Assembly (NCBI GenBank): GCA_027450165.1
Contig: DAIDKE010000001.1
Coordinates: 70,373-134,372 of the forward strand
Length of the DNA: 64,000 nucleotides
Direction of reading: 5' to 3'
From: Candidatus Saccharimonadota bacterium
GTDB taxonomy: Bacteria > Patescibacteriota > Saccharimonadia > Saccharimonadales > Saccharimonadaceae
Below the pieces are notes generated by a model. That model saw only the letters and a program-made list of their open reading frames with translations. It ran no database searches and was not told the origin of the DNA. Each line of letters starts with the position of its first letter. Positions within the stretch are counted from its first letter, which is position 1. Positions 52,296-61,429 of this stretch are shown here, one piece after another. Made by a program: the position numbers and the translations under genes.

Positions 52296-53632
52296 TATCG
52301 TTTCAACTCCTTATCTATAAATCGAGCGAACTCTTTTTCTTTATCTTCAATGAACGCACCGGTGCGCAGTTGCGGCGAGTTGTTAACCTCTAGGATATAC
52401 CATTGTTCGGTAATATTATCCCGCAGCAGGTCAACACCCGCAATCTGTCTATCTAGGCACATCGCGCCGCGAACGGCTAACTCAAGCAGTGATGACGGTA
52501 AATCATTAACCGACACTTCGCTGGCATTAACGCCACCGCTCGGCTTATTCAGATGCTGTTTCAAAGGATCGGCGTGCGGATGACTGCCACGAAAAACTGC
52601 TAGCGTCGCGTCTTTGCCAAAAACATTGATTCGATAAAAACCGTCGTTTTGAATATATTTCTGTGCCAAATAAACTGTTTCAGCGTCTGCTTCATCAAGC
52701 AAAGCGTGGAAAGTTTCGCTGTTTGGCACAAAGAAATTATCACGACCACGATCGGCTGTCGACGATTTAAAGACTAACGGAAAACCAATTTCCGATTCAA
52801 TCAAATCAATCTTGTCGCCAAGTAATTTCGGATAACCAGCAATCGTGCGCGGTATGGCAATATCGTGGGTCGCCAGACGCATCGCCTCGGATAATTTGCT
52901 GCGCGAGGTATACGTGCCGATTTCGGTATCAAAAAACGGACGGTTATAGTAAATCAGATATTCCGCCAGAGCGGCCGCCAGTTCAGGATAATGCCAGTGT
53001 GATTTAACGTAAGTTAACGCATATTGAGCGATGTCAGTGTCATTGTCGGCAGCGTTAAGAACTCGTGTCAAACGACCATTGATATCAAATAAAATCGTAT
53101 CAAATGTCGTTGCGACATACTCCACCGGCTCGTCGTTAAACTGACCAACCTCATCTAGAAACTGCTTCATTTCTTGCGGGTGTTTTGTAATCACAAAGAC
53201 CTTTTTTACGGCCTTCGGGGCATGGACGTTGCTTTGCGTCACGTCGACAACAAAGCGGTTTTCAAGAAAGTTTTTACCAAGCAAAATCGGGTAGGTGTTA
53301 TTCGAACGATCAGCCAGCGAAAACCACCGAGTAATTTCTTGGTTACCAATTAGCACCTTTACTAACACCTTGTAGCGCACTTCTTCGTGGCCAAACGAAT
53401 TTTTAACAGACGTCACCTTAAAGCGCTTAGTTTTGTGACGCGTACCACTGTAATAAATTGAACCAGGCGCAAAAAAGGCGTAACTTAATACACCATCGTC
53501 TTGCTCGATATCGCTAGCCCAGATAGCTGAACTATCGGCACCAGTATCGATTTTGGCCGGATAAAGATCCTTACCTTCGCGAGGCAGTGATATATAATCG
53601 GTCGTTCCAATTAGCGTCTGTTTCATGCTCAC
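52295..53632 (-). CDS. DUF785 (retropepsin-like 'ATP-dependent zinc protease') domain fused to a RimK-like ATP-grasp domain
   Basis: 445 aa. N-terminal YPAKIDTGADSSAIWASDI...YPILLGKNFLENRFVVDV. C-terminal ATP-grasp-like FPLVFKSSTADRGRDNF...AGVDLLRDNITEQWYILEVNNSPQL. 1-nt overlap with rimK. Confidence 0.6.
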   Translation of the reverse strand: MSMKQTLIGTTDYISLPREGKDLYPAKIDTGADSSAIWASDIEQDDGVLSYAFFAPGSIYYSGTRHKTKRFKVTSVKNSFGHEEVRYKVLVKVLIGNQEITRWFSLADRSNNTYPILLGKNFLENRFVVDVTQSNVHAPKAVKKVFVITKHPQEMKQFLDEVGQFNDEPVEYVATTFDTILFDINGRLTRVLNAADNDTDIAQYALTYVKSHWHYPELAAALAEYLIYYNRPFFDTEIGTYTSRSKLSEAMRLATHDIAIPRTIAGYPKLLGDKIDLIESEIGFPLVFKSSTADRGRDNFFVPNSETFHALLDEADAETVYLAQKYIQNDGFYRINVFGKDATLAVFRGSHPHADPLKQHLNKPSGGVNASEVSVNDLPSSLLELAVRGAMCLDRQIAGVDLLRDNITEQWYILEVNNSPQLRTGAFIEDKEKEFARFIDKELKR

Positions 53633-53718
53633 CTTATTATAGTTGTTTCTAACGTTAAATTATACCATATAACACTTATGGTGTCAATGTATTTAGGCCT
53701 GCGGCAACGTGCAGCGCG

Positions 53719-54786
53719 TTAAAATTCTTCGAGGATTTGGCGCTGTTTGCGGCTGAGTTTAGTTGGAATATCAACGACAATACTGACGATGTGTGGGCCG
53801 CGTTTGTCACCTTTTAGATGTGGCACGCCATGACCAGATAGTTTGAAGTCGGTGCCGCTTTGAGTGCCTGACGGAACTTTCATGCGAATGCGGCCGTCAA
53901 CGGTCTCGACGTCGATTTCAGTACCCAGGGCGGCATCGATCATCGAGATATGTTCTTCACTTAATATAATGTCGCCTTCGCGAGTGAAGCGCTTGTGGGC
54001 CTTAACGCGAATGTGAACATATAAGTCGCCTTTTTCACCCTGAGCCATAGCTTCACCGCGACCGGCCAAGCGAATAGTAGCGCCGTCATCGATACCAGCT
54101 GGAACCTTAAGGTTAATTGTCTCTTTATAGCGCTCGGTGCCCTTGCCGCGACAAACCGAACAAACTTTTTCCGAAACCTTGCCGCGACCATCACAAGTCG
54201 GACAAATGCCGTTTTGCTGGATTTGTCCAAAAATGGTATTAACTACTTGTTTAACCTGGCCGGCACCATGACAAGTTTCGCAGGTTTTCAGCTCGTAGCC
54301 CGGCTCAACGGTCGTGCCGTGACAGTGGCGACATTCCTGGTCTAGGTCGAGTTCAAGTTTATGCTCAATGCCGAAGATCGCCTCTTCAAAGCTTAGCTGC
54401 AGGCTGACTTCGACATCGCGACCTCGACGCGGAGCTTGGGTGCGCGAACCGCCGCCAAAAAATTGGCTAAAAATATCGCCCAGTCCGCCGTCGCCAAAGT
54501 CAAAGTTAACGTTTTGGCCGCCAAAACCGCCAAAACCTTCAAACGGATTACCGCCGCCACCACCGTTGCCGCCAACACCGGCATGGCCAAATTGGTCGTA
54601 GCGCTGGCGCTTTTTGTCGTCCTTTAAAACGTCGTAAGCTTCGCTAACCTCTTTAAATTTAGCCTCGTCACCACCTTCTTTGTCGGGGTGGTATTTTACC
54701 GCCAAGCGGCGATAGGCCTTTTTAATTTCGTCAGCACTGGCGCCTTTGGACACGCCCAAAACTTCATAGTAATCGCGTTTGTTCAT
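53719..54786 (-). CDS. dnaJ: molecular chaperone DnaJ
   Basis: 355 aa. J domain (DYYEVLGV...KYHPDK), G/F region, four CxxCxGxG zinc motifs. Confidence 0.95.
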   Translation of the reverse strand: MNKRDYYEVLGVSKGASADEIKKAYRRLAVKYHPDKEGGDEAKFKEVSEAYDVLKDDKKRQRYDQFGHAGVGGNGGGGGNPFEGFGGFGGQNVNFDFGDGGLGDIFSQFFGGGSRTQAPRRGRDVEVSLQLSFEEAIFGIEHKLELDLDQECRHCHGTTVEPGYELKTCETCHGAGQVKQVVNTIFGQIQQNGICPTCDGRGKVSEKVCSVCRGKGTERYKETINLKVPAGIDDGATIRLAGRGEAMAQGEKGDLYVHIRVKAHKRFTREGDIILSEEHISMIDAALGTEIDVETVDGRIRMKVPSGTQSGTDFKLSGHGVPHLKGDKRGPHIVSIVVDIPTKLSRKQRQILEEF

Positions 54787-54804
54787 CTATTCCAGTATAG
54801 ATTC

Positions 54805-54831
54805 TTAGCACTCTATAATCAAGAGTGCTAA
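54805..54831. promoter_or_regulatory. CIRCE operator (perfect) upstream of dnaJ
   Basis: TTAGCACTC-tataatcaa-GAGTGCTAA. Confidence 0.85.
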
Positions 54832-55190
54832 GAGTACATTATAATGCCGACAACCACTGCCACATCGACCACCACCCAGGCGGCGTTAGGGATAATGATT
54901 GGAATTAGGCGATGAACCAGGCCGTAGGTTAGTGTGATGCCATTAAATAGCACGAACATCCCCCACGACAGTAGTGAAACGCTGCCAGCGCTGTGAGTTA
55001 CAAAAATTTGAATCGCCTGCGCGAGACCAGTTACCGGCCCTACGATACCCATCACCATGACGGCAATGTCTAAGAACATTAGCGTACGGTTGTGACGGCG
55101 TGGAAATTTAGCAAAAAAATGCTTCTTTGGCTTTGATTTAGAGCTGACCGTCGCCTTGTGAGTGGGTTTAGTTTTTGTTTTGGTTGCCAT
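54828..55190 (-). CDS. small 3-TM membrane protein, PQ-loop/SemiSWEET-like
   Basis: Start set at MATKTKTK (55190). A basic N-terminus, then three helices with GPVTGLAQAIQIF, SLLSW...NGITLTYGL and IIPNAAWVVVDV, which resembles the SemiSWEET layout. Weak call. Confidence 0.35.
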   Translation of the reverse strand: MATKTKTKPTHKATVSSKSKPKKHFFAKFPRRHNRTLMFLDIAVMVMGIVGPVTGLAQAIQIFVTHSAGSVSLLSWGMFVLFNGITLTYGLVHRLIPIIIPNAAWVVVDVAVVVGIIMYS

Positions 55191-55246
55191 TTCTAGGCCA
55201 GTATAACATATTGCCGGCACCAAACGGCAGGCCTATAATTGGCGGC

Positions 55247-55900
55247 ATGGGTCTTGATTTAATTCTTGTCGTTTTAGCGCGACTCATCGGACCGCTGCTA
55301 ATCCTGCGCCTGCCGTTAATAGGCCTGGGCGTGTCGATTTTTCTAGACTGGGGTGACTTCTATTTCATCGGGCATTATAGCTTTTACCAAGAGGTCGATA
55401 AGTGGCTCGACCTCTATTATTTGGCACTGTGTTTAATTGTCGCCTGGCGCTGGAGTCAAGATCAAATTGCCCGTCGACTGGCAATCGGGCTGTTCGCCTA
55501 TCGCCTAGTTGGCGTCGCGGCGCTTAGTATTTGGCAAGCGCAATGGTTGCTGCTAATTTTTCCGAATATGTTTGAGCCGTGGTTTATGTTCTGCCTGCTA
55601 TTAATGTATCTGGGCGGTCAGAAGCAGATGTTTACCAAATGGCGGCAAACTATATTACCGCTGATTTTATTGCTGATTCCAAAGATGTTACAGGAGTATA
55701 TTTTGCACTTTTACCAGCCGTATCCGAAGCTGCGTCCGGCCTGGGTTGTCCAAGTTGCTAATACCTGGCCGCAACTGCTTATTTACACGGTCGTCTTGTT
55801 GCCATCGATTATAGTATTAGTAGTTTACGCCGTGCGCCTACGCCGCCAAGCCAAATTGAATACCCCGCCGCTGGCTGCGACGGGGCTTCAGAAAGGCTAG
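55247..55900 (+). CDS. hypothetical integral membrane protein
   Basis: About 217 aa from MGLDLILVV, with 6 or more hydrophobic segments. The track start at 55175 would overlap the opposing gene. Confidence 0.45.
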   Translation: MGLDLILVVLARLIGPLLILRLPLIGLGVSIFLDWGDFYFIGHYSFYQEVDKWLDLYYLALCLIVAWRWSQDQIARRLAIGLFAYRLVGVAALSIWQAQWLLLIFPNMFEPWFMFCLLLMYLGGQKQMFTKWRQTILPLILLLIPKMLQEYILHFYQPYPKLRPAWVVQVANTWPQLLIYTVVLLPSIIVLVVYAVRLRRQAKLNTPPLAATGLQKG

Positions 55901-56565
55901 GGCAACTCGACGTTGCTGTGGGCCCACTTGAGTGCTTCGAGCGTCCGCTGGCGCGCTTCACGCTGCGCCTTGGTCGGGCGCTCACCGTGGAACCACTGCG
56001 ACCAGAACGGCTCGTTCGGGTTGAGGCATTCCAGGTTGTCCTGGTGGCGCAGCTGGCCGTTGACGAACACGGTGTTGTGCTCGGTGTAGACCAGGTTGTA
56101 GCCGGAACGCTCCAGAGCCTTGCGGCTGCCGCCGTTGGCCTGAATGACGGCCGACTTGATCCGGTGCAGGCCAAGCTGCTCGAAGGCGTACAGCGTGCGC
56201 GCCTTGTGGGCAGCGCTGGCGATACCCTTCCCCCAGTACTCCTGGCGGAAGATCATCGACCCGCTGACCGCCTGGTGGACGTGTCCGCGCTCGATGTGCT
56301 CAAGCGCGCTGTTACCGATGATCGTCCGACCGCCATCTTCCAGCAGCCAGATACCCCAGATTAGGGAATCTTTGGCGCTGCGTGTCTTGTCGTACCACTC
56401 CTGCTCAGTCTCGATGACGGGGGCCGAGTCCATCCCGATGTACTGAGTAATACTGTGCTGTTGCATGCCGGGATTCACAAACTCCCCCAGCACCTCTCGC
56501 GTCACGGGCGCCAGCTCAATCTCGAGCCCGCTGACCTTGAAACGCATAATCGGTCCGAACGCCAT
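55897..56565 (-). CDS. GNAT-family N-acetyltransferase (RimJ/RimL-like), GC-rich
   Basis: 222 aa. Acetyl-CoA motif region RQEYWGKGIASAAHKARTLYAFEQLGLHRI...NGGSRKALERSGY. About 60% GC with GC-rich third positions. Confidence 0.65.
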   Translation of the reverse strand: MAFGPIMRFKVSGLEIELAPVTREVLGEFVNPGMQQHSITQYIGMDSAPVIETEQEWYDKTRSAKDSLIWGIWLLEDGGRTIIGNSALEHIERGHVHQAVSGSMIFRQEYWGKGIASAAHKARTLYAFEQLGLHRIKSAVIQANGGSRKALERSGYNLVYTEHNTVFVNGQLRHQDNLECLNPNEPFWSQWFHGERPTKAQREARQRTLEALKWAHSNVELP

Positions 56566-56631
56566 GGTTCTAGTCCTTTCTGTTATGGTCTCGCTTTTCG
56601 AGACCGGATCAGCCCCTGATTCTTTGGTTGT

Positions 56632-56657
56632 AAAAAGCCTCCGATTTCGGGGGCTTA
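56632..56657 (-). terminator. rho-independent terminator inside the GC-rich block
   Basis: Minus-strand RNA is AAGCCCCCG-AAAU-CGGAGGCUU followed by UUUAC (9-bp stem including one G-U). Confidence 0.55.
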
Positions 56658-56821
56658 TCTGGTTTCAATAAGTTGTCGAGATTTACAGATAAGCCATATC
56701 AATGCCAGCAATGCCACCGGCCATGACGCCTGCGACCTTGACTTGACGAAGATATGAATCAAATCTGTTCATAAACCAACAATAATATATTCTTCAACTG
56801 TATGCAAGCATAAAATTATTT

Positions 56822-56860
56822 AAAATGAAGAACGGCCACCCCCAATTAAGGGAGTGGCCG
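56822..56860 (-). terminator. terminator after the CDP-alcohol phosphatidyltransferase gene
   Basis: Minus strand reads cggccac-tcccttaattgggg-gtggccg followed by ttcttcatttta. Confidence 0.45.
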
Positions 56861-56867
56861 CACCTCA

Positions 56868-57539
56868 TCACTTCGTCTCGGCGAGTTCTGCCGGCTTGGC
56901 TCGCTCGGCCTGAAGCGCGACGACGAACTTCTGGTAGTAATCGATCCACGACCAGATGCTCGTCGCCAGTGCTGCAATCGTCAGAACCAACTGGATGACC
57001 CACCACGGGCTCCAGTAGTGTCCGATCGGAAGCAGCAGGCTCGCCACCATGCAGGACTGCACGGTCATCTTGACCTTGCCGCTCCAAGCAGCCGGGATTG
57101 GCGTGTCGGTCAGAATGCGCAACTTCAACGTGACATGAACCTCGCGCACGACCATGATGATGCTCGCGGCAACCACCACCCACTGCAGCCACCACGGTGA
57201 GGTGGGGCGCCAGCAGACCGCGAACAGCATCAAGAACACCAAGAGCTTGTCGGCCACGGGGTCCATGAAGATACCCATCTTGGTGATCTCGTTGCGACGA
57301 CGCGCCAGCTCACCGTCGAGCCGATCGGTCAGCGCCACCAGAGCGAAGATGCCTGCCGCCAGCCACTGTGCCCAAACGCTCTCGCGAAAGGCCAGCAGCA
57401 GCCAGAACGGCACCCACAGCAGCAGTAGCCGAGTGAGTGTCACCAGGTTGGGCGCCTTGCGCCAGTCGTGGCGCCAGTCACCCAACCACTTGGTCAGCTT
57501 CTCGTCGAAGCCCACCAACCACAGGTTGAAACTGAACAT
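56868..57539 (-). CDS. CDP-alcohol phosphatidyltransferase (PgsA-like), GC-rich
   Basis: Start at MFSFNLW (57539), preceded by GGAG. Signature D-x2-DG-x2-AR-x8-G-x3-D-x3-D is present as TDRLDGELARRRNEITKMGIFMDPVADK. Up to ~70% GC in a hand-counted line. Confidence 0.75.
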   Translation of the reverse strand: MFSFNLWLVGFDEKLTKWLGDWRHDWRKAPNLVTLTRLLLLWVPFWLLLAFRESVWAQWLAAGIFALVALTDRLDGELARRRNEITKMGIFMDPVADKLLVFLMLFAVCWRPTSPWWLQWVVVAASIIMVVREVHVTLKLRILTDTPIPAAWSGKVKMTVQSCMVASLLLPIGHYWSPWWVIQLVLTIAALATSIWSWIDYYQKFVVALQAERAKPAELAETK

Positions 57540-57565
57540 CGCGGGCTCCTTCCGGGAGCAGAGAC

Positions 57566-57607
57566 AAAAAATGAGGTGCACATCCCCACCGATGCTGCAC
57601 CTCATTG
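57566..57607 (-). terminator. dnaK terminator
   Basis: Minus strand reads aatgaggtgca-gcatcggtggggatg-tgcacctcatt followed by tttttgt. Confidence 0.7.
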
Positions 57608-57628
57608 TACACCTAGTTACAGGGTTTG

Positions 57629-59524
57629 CTACTTTTTATCGTCTACAACTTCACCTTCGACGGGTTCGTCGGTCTTGTTGTCGCCAGAGTCGTCGGAGCC
57701 TTCCGACTTCGACTCTTCTTTGCTGGCAGCTTCGTAAAGCTTGGCACCGATTGGCATAATGGCGTCGTTCAGGGCTTTAATGGCCGCTTCGAGCTCATCT
57801 TTGTCGGTAGCATCTTTGTGCTTTTTAGCCTCATCGACAGCCTCGGTAATTTTCTTTTTGTCATCATCCGAGATTTTGTCTTTAAATTCATCCGGCATTT
57901 TTTCGGCCTGGTAGATGGTGTTTTCTAGACGGTTACGAGCATCGACGGCGTCGCGCTTGTTCTTGTCTTCTTCGGCGTGAGCCTCGGCCTCTTTTTGAGC
58001 CTTTTCAATGTCTTCTTTACTTAGGTTACCGCTATTCTGAATAGTAATAGATTGCTCTTTACCGGTTCCCTTATCCTTGGCGGTGACGTTCAAAATACCG
58101 TTGGCGTCTAGGTTAAACGTAACTTCAATCTGTGGCACGCCACGAGGCGCCGGGGCAATACCATCCAAAATGAAGCGGCCCAGTGATTTGTTGTCGCCAG
58201 CCATCTCGCGCTCACCTTGCAGCACGTGAATTTCAACTTGCGGCTGGTTGTCGGCAGCGGTCGAGAAAGTCTCTGATTTACTGGTAGGAATGGTCGTGTT
58301 GCGCTCGATCAGTTTGGTCGATACGCCACCCATGGTCTCGATACCTAGGCTCAACGGCGTCACGTCGAGCAGCAAGACGTCTTTGACGTCGCCGGCCAAA
58401 ACACCACCTTGAATCGCCGCACCAACGGCCACGACCTCGTCTGGGTTAACGCCCTTGAGCGGGTCTTTGCCAAATAGGGCCTTCACCTTTTCAACGACAG
58501 CCGGCATACGAGTCATACCACCAACCAGCACAACTTCGTTGATTTCGCTTGGTTGCAAGCCGGCGTCTTTCAAAGCTTTTTGAACTGGGTCAGCCAAACG
58601 ATCAATCAGGTCTTTGACCATTTCTTCCAATTTGGCGCGGGTTAATTTGTACTCAAAGTGCTTTGGACCATCAGCATCGGCGGTTAAGAACGGCAGGTTA
58701 ACTTCGTATTCATTAGTGCTCGAAAGCTCTTTTTTCGCCTTTTCTGCCTCGTCCTTCAAGCGCTGCATGGCGGCATTGTCACCCTTTAGGTCGATGCCCG
58801 ATTCTTTCTTGAATTCCTCTAGGAAGTAGTTAACGATACGGTTGTCGAAATCTTCACCACCAAGGTGCGTATCACCATTGGTTGAGCGAACTTCAAACAC
58901 GCCATCACCAAGTTCAAGCACCGAAACATCGAACGTACCACCACCAAGGTCGAAGACGACGATTTTTTCGTCTTTTTTGCTTTCCAAACCGTAGGCTAGG
59001 GCAGCGGCGGTTGGTTCGTTAATAATACGTTTGACTTCAAGGCCGGCAATTTTACCAGCATCTTTAGTGGCCTGACGCTGCGAGTCGTCGAAGTAAGCCG
59101 GCACCGTAATGACGGCTTCAGTAACTTTTTCGCCCAGGAAGGCCTCGGCGTCAGCCTTTAGCTTGCTCAAAATCATGGCCGACACTTCTTCAGGGGTGTA
59201 ATCTTTGTCGCCCATTTTAACAGCCACGCCATCGCCCTTTTTGACGATTTCGTAAGGCATAATATCAAGGTCTTTTTGAACTTCTTTGTCGCTAAACTTG
59301 CGACCGATTAAACGCTTAACACCATAAATAGTGTTTTTGGCGTTGGTAACGCGCTGGCGCTGAGCCACCTGGCCGACCAAACGCTCACCTGATTTGTTAA
59401 TCGCTACCACACTTGGTGTCGTACGATTACCTTCGGCGTTGGCAATCACATCTGGCTTGCCTGCCACCATGTAAGCAACCGCTGAGTTGGTTGTACCAAG
59501 GTCAATACCGATAATTTTACCCAT
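57629..59524 (-). CDS. dnaK: molecular chaperone DnaK (Hsp70)
   Basis: 631 aa. [30 protein letters not shown], and an acidic C-terminal tail. Confidence 0.98.
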   Translation of the reverse strand: MGKIIGIDLGTTNSAVAYMVAGKPDVIANAEGNRTTPSVVAINKSGERLVGQVAQRQRVTNAKNTIYGVKRLIGRKFSDKEVQKDLDIMPYEIVKKGDGVAVKMGDKDYTPEEVSAMILSKLKADAEAFLGEKVTEAVITVPAYFDDSQRQATKDAGKIAGLEVKRIINEPTAAALAYGLESKKDEKIVVFDLGGGTFDVSVLELGDGVFEVRSTNGDTHLGGEDFDNRIVNYFLEEFKKESGIDLKGDNAAMQRLKDEAEKAKKELSSTNEYEVNLPFLTADADGPKHFEYKLTRAKLEEMVKDLIDRLADPVQKALKDAGLQPSEINEVVLVGGMTRMPAVVEKVKALFGKDPLKGVNPDEVVAVGAAIQGGVLAGDVKDVLLLDVTPLSLGIETMGGVSTKLIERNTTIPTSKSETFSTAADNQPQVEIHVLQGEREMAGDNKSLGRFILDGIAPAPRGVPQIEVTFNLDANGILNVTAKDKGTGKEQSITIQNSGNLSKEDIEKAQKEAEAHAEEDKNKRDAVDARNRLENTIYQAEKMPDEFKDKISDDDKKKITEAVDEAKKHKDATDKDELEAAIKALNDAIMPIGAKLYEAASKEESKSEGSDDSGDNKTDEPVEGEVVDDKK

Positions 59525-59568
59525 TTTTTGTAACTCTCCTTTTAGATAACTTCTTCGCTGAATCTATT

Positions 59569-59595
59569 TTAGCACTCCTCGCTGTGTAGTGCCAA
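59569..59595. promoter_or_regulatory. CIRCE-like operator (2 mismatches) proximal to dnaK
   Basis: TTAGCACTC-ctcgctgtg-TAGTGCCAA. Confidence 0.55.
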
Positions 59596-59616
59596 ACATG
59601 TATCTAGTGTAAAAAA

Positions 59617-59643
59617 TTAGCACTCACGTGTCAAGAGTGCTAA
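59617..59643. promoter_or_regulatory. CIRCE operator (perfect) upstream of dnaK
   Basis: TTAGCACTC-acgtgtcaa-GAGTGCTAA. Confidence 0.85.
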
Positions 59644-59659
59644 TTAAGAATTTTATTAA

Positions 59660-59686
59660 CAAAAAGAGCACCGTGATGGTGCTCTA
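59660..59686 (-). terminator. terminator ending the hrcA-grpE-ORF133 transcript
   Basis: Minus strand reads agagcacc-atca-cggtgctct followed by ttttgtt. Confidence 0.65.
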
Positions 59687-59751
59687 ATAATTTCAGAAGT
59701 GCTCCTTTGACTATCCGTCCGGACCGCCCGGCCTCTTCTGTAATAATAATA

Positions 59752-60153
59752 CTATTTTGGGCGAATAAGTTCAATGACATTACCCGGCTTGTTAATAAGC
59801 AGCACAACTTTAATACTTGGCCGCCATTTCAACTCCCGTAAGATACTGGCAGTCACGACAGAGTCCGACAAACGAGTGTGCCTGCTATCAATAACGATAT
59901 ATTTGGATTGTTTTGATGCGCGGCGGACTTGATTACCTACAGTCGTTCTACTATGCCCATTCAGGTTCTTTATTTCCCATAACCTTCCATTAATTTTAAC
60001 GTCCGGTGTTTTACGCTTATAGTCGTCGACCGGCAGTAGAAATTCGACATCAGACTTGAAGTGACGCGCCAAAATCCAAGCGGCTTCAAGTTCGTGCTCT
60101 TCGGGCAACGGACTTAAATCAGCAGGAATAATAACGTTTGGTTGAGATCTCAT
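59752..60153 (-). CDS. PD-(D/E)xK nuclease-fold protein resembling polymorphic-toxin (CdiA-CT/Tox-REase-type) domains
   Basis: 133 aa. HELEAAWILARHF...KTPDVKINGRLWEIKNL (a D-x9-E-x-K motif), followed by NQVRRASKQSKYIVIDSR. Confidence 0.4.
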   Translation of the reverse strand: MRSQPNVIIPADLSPLPEEHELEAAWILARHFKSDVEFLLPVDDYKRKTPDVKINGRLWEIKNLNGHSRTTVGNQVRRASKQSKYIVIDSRHTRLSDSVVTASILRELKWRPSIKVVLLINKPGNVIELIRPK

Positions 60154-60217
60154 AACTTAAGTTAAACTTAAGTATAGCACAAACTTAAAAAACGACTGTC
60201 GCTATAGGTGGTAGAGA

Positions 60218-60691
60218 TTATCTCTTGGTAACCTTTACCATCGCGTGACGAATAACTTGGTCGCCCAGTTTGTAACCAGCTTGCAGTTCTTCGGCAATCA
60301 CCTCTTGGTCGCCTTCGGCCGACTCATCAAATTGAATCGCTTCATGAATTTCTGGGTCAAAAACAGTTCCCGGGGCGGCGTCGATGCGTTTTAGGTTCAA
60401 ACTATCGAGTGATTTTTCCAGATTCTTAACCAGCCCAGCCACACCTTGCGCCCATTTGTTGTCACGCAAATCTTCGGGCATGTAATTTACGGCGCGCTCA
60501 ATATTGTCGATGACCGGCAATAGATGTAAAATCGCCCCGGCGCGGCCAGATTCGCGGGCAAATTGTTTTTCACCGTCGACGCGTTTGCGATAGTTTTCAA
60601 AATCGGCGCGGGTACGCTGCAAATCAGCGGTTAATTCAGCAATTTGTTGCTCAAGTTCAAGTTCTTTTTTGGTTGGTTTTTTGTCGGTCAT
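60218..60691 (-). CDS. grpE: nucleotide exchange factor GrpE
   Basis: 157 aa. ELTADLQRTRADFENYRKR...LLPVIDNIERA...FDPEIHEAI. Confidence 0.92.
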   Translation of the reverse strand: MTDKKPTKKELELEQQIAELTADLQRTRADFENYRKRVDGEKQFARESGRAGAILHLLPVIDNIERAVNYMPEDLRDNKWAQGVAGLVKNLEKSLDSLNLKRIDAAPGTVFDPEIHEAIQFDESAEGDQEVIAEELQAGYKLGDQVIRHAMVKVTKR

Positions 60692-60692
60692 T

Positions 60693-61409
60693 TTACAAAA
60701 TTTCCTCTAACATGGCGCCGGTTTGACGCACTAAATTCATTACGCGGGCATAACTTTGGCGGGTTGGCCCAAGCACGCCAATATAACTGCGGTCACTAAA
60801 TGGTGAACGAAAACGGCTAACAATTAACGTTGCGCCACTACTCTTGCCAATCGGGTTTTCACTACCAATAAAAACATTGAGCGGCTCATTTGGTGCGGCC
60901 TCGCGCAGCCACGGTTCTAGGTTGTCGAGCAGCATCGCCACAGCTTGCGTGTGGGCGCCATTCATAAATTCCGGATGGCTAAACAGGTTACCAATACCGC
61001 TCATATAAAGTTCGTCGCCGATAGTCGCTAGCCCCAGGTTGTGCGTTAAATCAACTAAGCTGTCGACAGCACTGCGAATTGCCCGATCGGCATGGTTCTG
61101 GTAATTAGCGACACGAGCTTCGATTGCCCGAGCGCTGCGATCCAGCCCCTGAAGTTGTGGCTGTTCGCCAGAGCCAGACTCGGTTAAGTGATTAACGTAA
61201 CATCGGTAACCGGCATCGGTCGGCACGCGGCCAGCACTAGTGTGAGGCTGTTCAATCATGCCCATTTCTTCAAGCCGCACCATTTCGCTGCGGATTGTCG
61301 CGCTAGAAACACCGAACAATTTTGCCAGCATCACACTGCCAATTGGCACGGCGACTTCGGCATACTGCTCAATAATTGCTGCTAAAATCTGAAATTGACG
61401 CTCCGTCAT
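60693..61409 (-). CDS. hrcA: heat-inducible transcription repressor HrcA (short form)
   Basis: Start at MTERQFQIL (61409). wHTH region PIGSVMLAKLFGVSSATIRSEMVRLEEMGMIEQPHTSAGRVPT. About 238 aa, versus ~340 aa for B. subtilis-type HrcA. Confidence 0.85.
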   Translation of the reverse strand: MTERQFQILAAIIEQYAEVAVPIGSVMLAKLFGVSSATIRSEMVRLEEMGMIEQPHTSAGRVPTDAGYRCYVNHLTESGSGEQPQLQGLDRSARAIEARVANYQNHADRAIRSAVDSLVDLTHNLGLATIGDELYMSGIGNLFSHPEFMNGAHTQAVAMLLDNLEPWLREAAPNEPLNVFIGSENPIGKSSGATLIVSRFRSPFSDRSYIGVLGPTRQSYARVMNLVRQTGAMLEEIL

Positions 61410-61429
61410 GGGCACATTATAGCAAGAAT

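Noticed and set aside
55809-57759. Stack of long ORFs on both strands (55809..56174, 55918..56364, 56144..56446, 56794..57195, 57154..57759 and others)
   Set aside because: This is the typical stop-codon depletion of 60-70% GC DNA. Only the GNAT and CDP-alcohol phosphatidyltransferase frames carry recognisable motifs and SD sequences.
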